Of a stretch of DNA of 64,000 nt, positions 58,701 to 64,000 are shown piece after piece. The notes below the pieces were generated by a model, which saw only the letters and a program-made list of their open reading frames with translations, had not been told where the DNA came from and did no database searches. Source of the stretch: a virus. The position numbers and the translations under genes are program-made. The DNA lies in the IMG/VR virus record IMGVR_UViG_3300037517_002612, positions 5,201 through 69,200 of that record; one strand, 5' to 3'. How positions within the stretch are numbered: position 1 is the first letter of the stretch; each line of letters begins with the position of its first letter.

Positions 58701-60014
58701 ATGAGTATTAGAAAGAAAATAGTAGCAATCTCTCAAGCAGTAGGGCAGCTAGAATTCAAAAAGACAGACTTTCAGGGAGTAGACATCTACACCTCTGAAT
58801 ACATCAACAGTATGATTAAGCCCATCTTCGATGAACATGGAGTGGTCCCAATTGTAAACGTGCAATACGGCCAGGATAAGGTAGCAATTACCATTCAATA
58901 CATCCATGACGGAGAGGATGAATTAATTCAAACCGTAGAGCATCCAATCAATACAGCCCTTTGGGGAGGTGGGAATATTACCTTGACCAACAAATATGCG
59001 TATATCCTAATGTTCCAAATAGGAACCAAGGATGATGTTAGTTTAAAGGCTACCAGAGATACTGCCTTCGGGCCTAAAAATGAAGATTTAAAGGCAAATA
59101 TAGAGTATAGGGAAGTTGATCTTAATGGCCGAACAACATCTACAAAAACAATTAAACTACAAGATACTGCAGTATATAACATTGGAACACACTCTAATTC
59201 TACATTAAATATACAAAAAGCAGAAGACATCCATCCTCCAGAAGGTATGATGTTACGTAAAACAGATGAGCTACAAGCCGGAGATGAGGATAAACCGGTA
59301 GACCAAGTATTAGCCGCCATTAATAACGTAGTTAAAGACGAGGATCTTGAAATCATAGTAGACAAGCCCGAAAAACAAGAACCACAACCAGACCAAGCAC
59401 TATTCGAAAGGCTAAATGAAGGAGAATGGAAGATAAAGGTAGCCATAACTGACTGTATGAGTGAAGTATCAGCAGTAAAATCATTGGACGAGCAGTACAA
59501 AATGATTGGCACGGATATATATGGATATAAAGACTTAGCCTTATGCCCTATCCCTATCGAGAGCATTATTGACTTATTTCCGCGCAGGTCCAACAGTAAA
59601 ATACGTCTACCCTTAATTCAATACAGAGTATTCGGAGAAGAAGCAGCCTGGAAGATGTTAGAGGTTCAAACAAGTAGAACAAGAGCCGACCTTGAGGTGA
59701 TGCTTACCAATAAGAAATCCGAGCAGCCAGAAGAAACCTTAAAGCCAGTTATCCACAAACTAAGCCTACCTTTTGAAATATCCGAACATATTGGTATTGA
59801 CAGGAATATTGAAGTAACCCACAAGCTGTTTGCCGATATAAAAGGAATGGGATTATCTGCGTTTATGATAATATATGCACTAGGCAAAATGAAGGACAAA
59901 CCAGAGATTGACACTACAGGAGGGGACGATGGTATCATAACCAACTTCCTATCAAAAGCCTCAAGGTTACAGATTGAAGAAATGATTAAATTAGCTATGA
60001 GTGTAGCAGCGTAA
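58701..60014 (+). CDS. ERF-like ssDNA-annealing protein with long C-terminal extension
   Basis: IKP.F.EHG, GG.IT..NKYAY..MFQI...DD. Confidence 0.6.
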   Translation: MSIRKKIVAISQAVGQLEFKKTDFQGVDIYTSEYINSMIKPIFDEHGVVPIVNVQYGQDKVAITIQYIHDGEDELIQTVEHPINTALWGGGNITLTNKYAYILMFQIGTKDDVSLKATRDTAFGPKNEDLKANIEYREVDLNGRTTSTKTIKLQDTAVYNIGTHSNSTLNIQKAEDIHPPEGMMLRKTDELQAGDEDKPVDQVLAAINNVVKDEDLEIIVDKPEKQEPQPDQALFERLNEGEWKIKVAITDCMSEVSAVKSLDEQYKMIGTDIYGYKDLALCPIPIESIIDLFPRRSNSKIRLPLIQYRVFGEEAAWKMLEVQTSRTRADLEVMLTNKKSEQPEETLKPVIHKLSLPFEISEHIGIDRNIEVTHKLFADIKGMGLSAFMIIYALGKMKDKPEIDTTGGDDGIITNFLSKASRLQIEEMIKLAMSVAA

Positions 60015-60015
60015 C

Positions 60016-60726
60016 ATGGAATATACCCCAGAAGACCTTAATAAAGTAAGAATAAAAACTCGTGATGGGAAGGGAATACATGAACTTCCCATCACAGTTG
60101 ATATTTTAGAAGTGGTTCCGGAACTTAAAGCCCTAGACCAATTCGATACCGTATTCTTTGCCTGGGGCCATACCGATGATGGACGCATTATAGCCAGAAA
60201 TAAAATTATTAGGTTCATTAATTTCATGTACTCAAGAGAGTTAACCTGCATTAAAGAGCAACACAAGTCATACAGAGCCCAAAAAGTAGAATGTGCCTTG
60301 TTAGCAGGGTTTGAATATGACCCCGTTACTGGTAAATTCACCGAAGAGGTAGAAAGGATGCTTATGTGTTTAAATCCTATAGCAAATAGGATGATAATAG
60401 CCTTTTGTAGGCATAACTATTATGACGATGAAGTTACTTTAGTAGCTATGAGAGAGGTTTTTTATAGAAGCATGGCTGACCTTTTAGATAATAGAGATGC
60501 AAAGCCAGATGATATTACAGAATGGAAAAAAACGTCTAAAAGCATAACAGACCTTAAAGTGGAAATTCTTAACGGTGACGAAAACAGAATCCTTTCAGCA
60601 GCATTAGTTAAAAAGATTGAAGAAGAAAGCCTTGGCTTCCGACCAGAAGACGTTGCATATAGAATTAAAAGAGGTGAAGACCCCTTAGACGGGTATGATT
60701 TTTACAGAGATGACGTCCTCGGTTAA
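60016..60726 (+). CDS. hypothetical protein
   Basis: 236-aa ORF in operon. Confidence 0.65.
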   Translation: MEYTPEDLNKVRIKTRDGKGIHELPITVDILEVVPELKALDQFDTVFFAWGHTDDGRIIARNKIIRFINFMYSRELTCIKEQHKSYRAQKVECALLAGFEYDPVTGKFTEEVERMLMCLNPIANRMIIAFCRHNYYDDEVTLVAMREVFYRSMADLLDNRDAKPDDITEWKKTSKSITDLKVEILNGDENRILSAALVKKIEEESLGFRPEDVAYRIKRGEDPLDGYDFYRDDVLG

Positions 60727-61012
60727 AAAGAAATATTACTCTAAGGCATACCTCGTTAAGTTTATCGACGGTACCTATAAACTCATTGGTAATAACATCC
60801 AAACAGTATCTTATCAACAAGTAAGAGGCCCAGAAGGGGAAATTGAAAAGATACCATTTACCACAGATCATTACGTCTACTCATCTAAGGAAACAAAATA
60901 CGGTACCATGCCATGTACCTCTGTCATGTGGTTAGAAGAAGTAAAGACCCAAAAACAAAAAGATGGCATCCATGTATTTAATAATTTAGGCAAAGAATTA
61001 ATGGTAATGTAA
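60710..61012 (+). CDS. hypothetical protein
   Basis: ORF in operon; start 60695 or 60710. Confidence 0.55.
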   Translation: MTSSVKKKYYSKAYLVKFIDGTYKLIGNNIQTVSYQQVRGPEGEIEKIPFTTDHYVYSSKETKYGTMPCTSVMWLEEVKTQKQKDGIHVFNNLGKELMVM

Positions 61013-61042
61013 ATTTTTCTATATTTGAACAAAATATAGACC

Positions 61043-61699
61043 ATGGCATTTATACAAAAAGCTAAAGCCTCTTTAGGCGACGTAATAATGAAAGGAGTCC
61101 TTACTCCAACAACTTCAACAGCCTTTGATACAACTCAAAATGAACTTTGGACCGGTGCTGTAACAGCAGTGGCCTCACAAATAACCTCCATTGGTGTTAC
61201 GTGCTTTACCACTAATCAAGCATTAGACTTCCCAAGACAACCAGGAGCCCCCGTTATATTTAATCAGGATTGGGTATCAACTCAAATTGATACATGTACT
61301 GCTCTAGTTGCTCAGATTAACGCAGCAGCCTTAGATGTAGATAGTCCTCTTTATGGATTAGTTTCAGCAGCATCTACCGGAGGTGGGGGTTATACAATTA
61401 CTACTACGGATCCTTCATTGGTTCTGCAGTTCGATAACTTGGTAAGAACTACCATCACAAAAACTTTATCGGGATTTGACCTATCTACCTTCCAAGGTAA
61501 TTGTATTGTGGTGGCAACCACCACTACTGCCATTAACTATAATGAACTAGGAGTAGCAGCAACAGCCGGAGTAGGAATACTCGTTGGTGCAGGAGCTCCT
61601 TTTGATATCATTGGAAACGCAAATATCTTGAACTTCCGTTGTATTGAAGCTTCAGGAGCTTCCCCTGCAACCGTTAATTACGAAATCTACGTTGGATAA
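61043..61699 (+). CDS. virion structural protein
   Basis: T/A/G-rich; promoter box at 61020-27. Confidence 0.55.
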   Translation: MAFIQKAKASLGDVIMKGVLTPTTSTAFDTTQNELWTGAVTAVASQITSIGVTCFTTNQALDFPRQPGAPVIFNQDWVSTQIDTCTALVAQINAAALDVDSPLYGLVSAASTGGGGYTITTTDPSLVLQFDNLVRTTITKTLSGFDLSTFQGNCIVVATTTTAINYNELGVAATAGVGILVGAGAPFDIIGNANILNFRCIEASGASPATVNYEIYVG

Positions 61700-62468
61700 T
61701 ATAAAAAATACACGAATAATAAGGGCAGATAAACCCCTTAAAAGCAGAGATACGTTCAAGTCTGTTAATGGATGCCCTACTATTACAATAGGCGATAATC
61801 AAGAAAGTGGGATTGTATTTATTGGTGACGGTGCCGCATTTACTGCTTTAATTAGTGGAGGTGAACCAGGTTATACAATAGGAACTGTAACAGGGGAAGT
61901 TCCACCAGGCTGCATTGCAGATGTTACTGAAATAGACGGAGATTATTATGTAATTCTTGATGGAAAGGCTACTACATTTGGTTCTTATACATTTTCATTA
62001 ACAGTATTAGATGATAATAACTGTGAAAGTGATCCTAAAACATTTACCATTGAAGTATGGGCAGAGTTTAATAATAAAATTCCACAGGTTGTAACTATAT
62101 TAGATCCTTTTTTAATAGCTGTATCTGAACTCCCATTAACTTATGGCTCAGGTGTAGCTTTAGATTCTATAATTTTGAATTATACAAGTGTTGGCGCATC
62201 ATTTCCTAATATAGAAGATCCAAACGGTGATTTTACAGCTGATTTATATAATTCTCCTGCAACAGGTGATGTTACTGATGCTGTAATTTATGATATAACT
62301 GAGGCATACCCACAGTTTGCAACAGGGTCAACTCCATACACGGATAATTTTATTTCTGGATCAGATTCATTTACTGAATTTGATGGATCAGCGGCTAATG
62401 GAGATTGGAAATTTCGTGGAGTGACCGGGACTATTAATGTAGTATCGCTTGTATTTAAACCAGTATAA
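61692..62468 (+). CDS. Ig-like + proprotein-convertase-P-like decoration protein
   Basis: SGGEPGYT...G.VPPG...G.ATT.GSYTF.LTV.D; FDG.AANGDW; no ATG in frame, so start uncertain. Confidence 0.55.
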   Translation: MDNIKNTRIIRADKPLKSRDTFKSVNGCPTITIGDNQESGIVFIGDGAAFTALISGGEPGYTIGTVTGEVPPGCIADVTEIDGDYYVILDGKATTFGSYTFSLTVLDDNNCESDPKTFTIEVWAEFNNKIPQVVTILDPFLIAVSELPLTYGSGVALDSIILNYTSVGASFPNIEDPNGDFTADLYNSPATGDVTDAVIYDITEAYPQFATGSTPYTDNFISGSDSFTEFDGSAANGDWKFRGVTGTINVVSLVFKPV

Positions 62469-62469
62469 T

Positions 62470-63024
62470 ATGCAAAAACGTAAACTAATAATACTTATTT
62501 CTATAGCACTATTACTGATAGCAATGATATTAACCTCATGCTGTACCACTAGACAGCGTGAGGTTATAGTTTACAAAACAAAGGATAGTACAGCAATTCA
62601 CGTAGATACTACATGGAGGGTATTCACTAATCCGGCAGATAGCATATCTATATTTGGTAAGCTTACAGCCTACCATGATAGCCTTGGCAAGTGCAAAATA
62701 AAAGACACAGAAGGAACCACAGAGTCAGGAAAGATAAAGGTAAAGTATATCATTAAGAACGACAGCATCTTTATCGAATGCAACACCAAGCCTTATGAGA
62801 TTAAAATAGCAGAGTTAACCACAACCATAGAGAAGTTCAAAGAGATTTACGAGTCATACACCAGTGAAACAACGAAGGTTAAAAACACCTCATGGTTCTC
62901 GTTCTGGCAGACTTGGGCAGTACTAGCCTATATCGCACTTACTACAACGTACCTCATTTTAAAGGCATTTAAGTTGAAAATTGCGTTCACCATAACACCA
63001 CCCTTTATCACCATAACAAAATGA
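62470..63024 (+). CDS. putative unimolecular spanin
   Basis: Lipoprotein signal (LTSC), beta-rich periplasmic region and C-terminal TM helix. Confidence 0.6.
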   Translation: MQKRKLIILISIALLLIAMILTSCCTTRQREVIVYKTKDSTAIHVDTTWRVFTNPADSISIFGKLTAYHDSLGKCKIKDTEGTTESGKIKVKYIIKNDSIFIECNTKPYEIKIAELTTTIEKFKEIYESYTSETTKVKNTSWFSFWQTWAVLAYIALTTTYLILKAFKLKIAFTITPPFITITK

Positions 63025-63311
63025 TCTATACCTACAACATAGATTCTGCCAAAGGCGACGAAACTATTGTTGCAGGGAGAACAGGTAAGATAATTACGTT
63101 GACCTCAATCAATATCAACAAACCTACAGGAGCTTATTTTGTTTCTCTTATTTTAGTACGTGGATCAGTAGAAAGCACTTTGTGGATTTATAATTTAGAT
63201 GAGGGAGACATAATATTAGATACCACTGATTATAAAATAGATCAATCTTCATCAATTAATATATCAAGTACCCCAGGAATTTCATTAACCGTAATTGGAG
63301 TAATAGAATGA
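63021..63311 (+). CDS. small beta-rich hypothetical protein
   Basis: ATGA-coupled ORF. Confidence 0.6.
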   Translation: MIYTYNIDSAKGDETIVAGRTGKIITLTSININKPTGAYFVSLILVRGSVESTLWIYNLDEGDIILDTTDYKIDQSSSINISSTPGISLTVIGVIE

Positions 63312-64000
63312 TAATAATAAGAGATAAAGACGGCAATGAGAAGGTTAAGATAACTGGTGGCTTTACAGGGTACACTGGTTACACTGGATCAGAAGGCCCT
63401 ACGGGTTATACTGGGGCAACTGGTTATACTGGACCTGGTAATTTTACAGGTTACACAGGATATACTGGATATACAGGGGATACCGGATTTACGGGATACA
63501 CAGGTTATACTGGCCCTGGAAATTTCACGGGCTATACAGGTCCTACAGGTTACACTGGAGATACGGGAGCAACGGGTTACACTGGTCCTGGTAATTTTAC
63601 GGGTTACACTGGTCCTACAGGATACACAGGGCCACAAGGTAATATTGGAGCAACTGGTTATACGGGTTTTACAGGTTTCACTGGCTATACAGGACCAGGA
63701 GCATTTACGGGTTACACAGGCCCCACGGGTTACACTGGTTATACGGGTCCGCTTGGTCCAACAGGTCCTACAGGATACACAGGGCCACAAGGTAATATAG
63801 GATCAACTGGTTATACGGGATATACTGGTTTTACTGGCTATACAGGACCAGGAGCATTTACGGGTTATACAGGACCCACGGGTTACACTGGACCTCAGGG
63901 TGCAACAGGTTATACTGGTTACACTGGTCCTGCTGGACAAGATGGACAATCATCTTCATTCTACGATTACAAAACAGACACAAATACAACTTCTGGTAAT
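63308..64000 (+). CDS. collagen-like (Gly-X-Thr) repeat protein, runs off window end (not in ORF track)
   Basis: [27 protein letters not shown]... open to 64000; ATGA overlap with the upstream gene. Confidence 0.85.
   Translation, partial: MIIIRDKDGNEKVKITGGFTGYTGYTGSEGPTGYTGATGYTGPGNFTGYTGYTGYTGDTGFTGYTGYTGPGNFTGYTGPTGYTGDTGATGYTGPGNFTGYTGPTGYTGPQGNIGATGYTGFTGFTGYTGPGAFTGYTGPTGYTGYTGPLGPTGPTGYTGPQGNIGSTGYTGYTGFTGYTGPGAFTGYTGPTGYTGPQGATGYTGYTGPAGQDGQSSSFYDYKTDTNTTSGN

Noticed and set aside
10163-60871. Numerous antisense and nested ORFs within rightward genes (e.g. 18840-19301, 46955-47521, 58928-59593)
   Set aside because: They are by-products of codon bias, with no recognisable motifs or promoters
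63357-63800. Track ORFs 63357-63800 (+) and 63389-63790 (-)
   Set aside because: They are shadow frames of the collagen repeat; the real frame starts at 63308
1-64000. Stop-codon recoding (TAG/TGA) as in some crAss-like phages
   Set aside because: Long genes are intact in the standard code, and TAG/TGA terminate tightly packed genes

Overview
The window is a gene-dense, AT-rich stretch of a tailed dsDNA phage, probably a podovirus with a crAss-like structural module. Repeated TAnnTTTG promoter boxes point to a Bacteroidota host. From left to right it holds: two holin-like genes (1-716); a leftward early/accessory block (746-6518) with a serine resolvase, a C5-methyltransferase-like gene, a RadC/JAB fragment, ArdA and many tiny ORFs; and a non-coding divergence region with IHF-like boxes (6520-7430). 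Replication genes follow (initiator, Twinkle/T7-type primase-helicase), then TerL, portal, scaffold and MCP, tail ring and muzzle proteins, and three ejection proteins including a 4184-aa polyvalent protein. The right part carries GroEL/GroES, a glycan-modification cluster, lysis genes, YqaJ/SSB/ERF recombination genes, a u-spanin-like gene and the start of a Gly-Tyr-Thr collagen-like protein. I recognised no DNA or RNA polymerase, tRNA or CRISPR array. The most striking unexplained signal is a genome-wide family of half-sites (about RACGYART). These pair as inverted repeats with either 0 or 10 bp spacers, including three 30-bp copies with identical arms at gene junctions. All protein calls come from motif recognition by eye, not from database searches.
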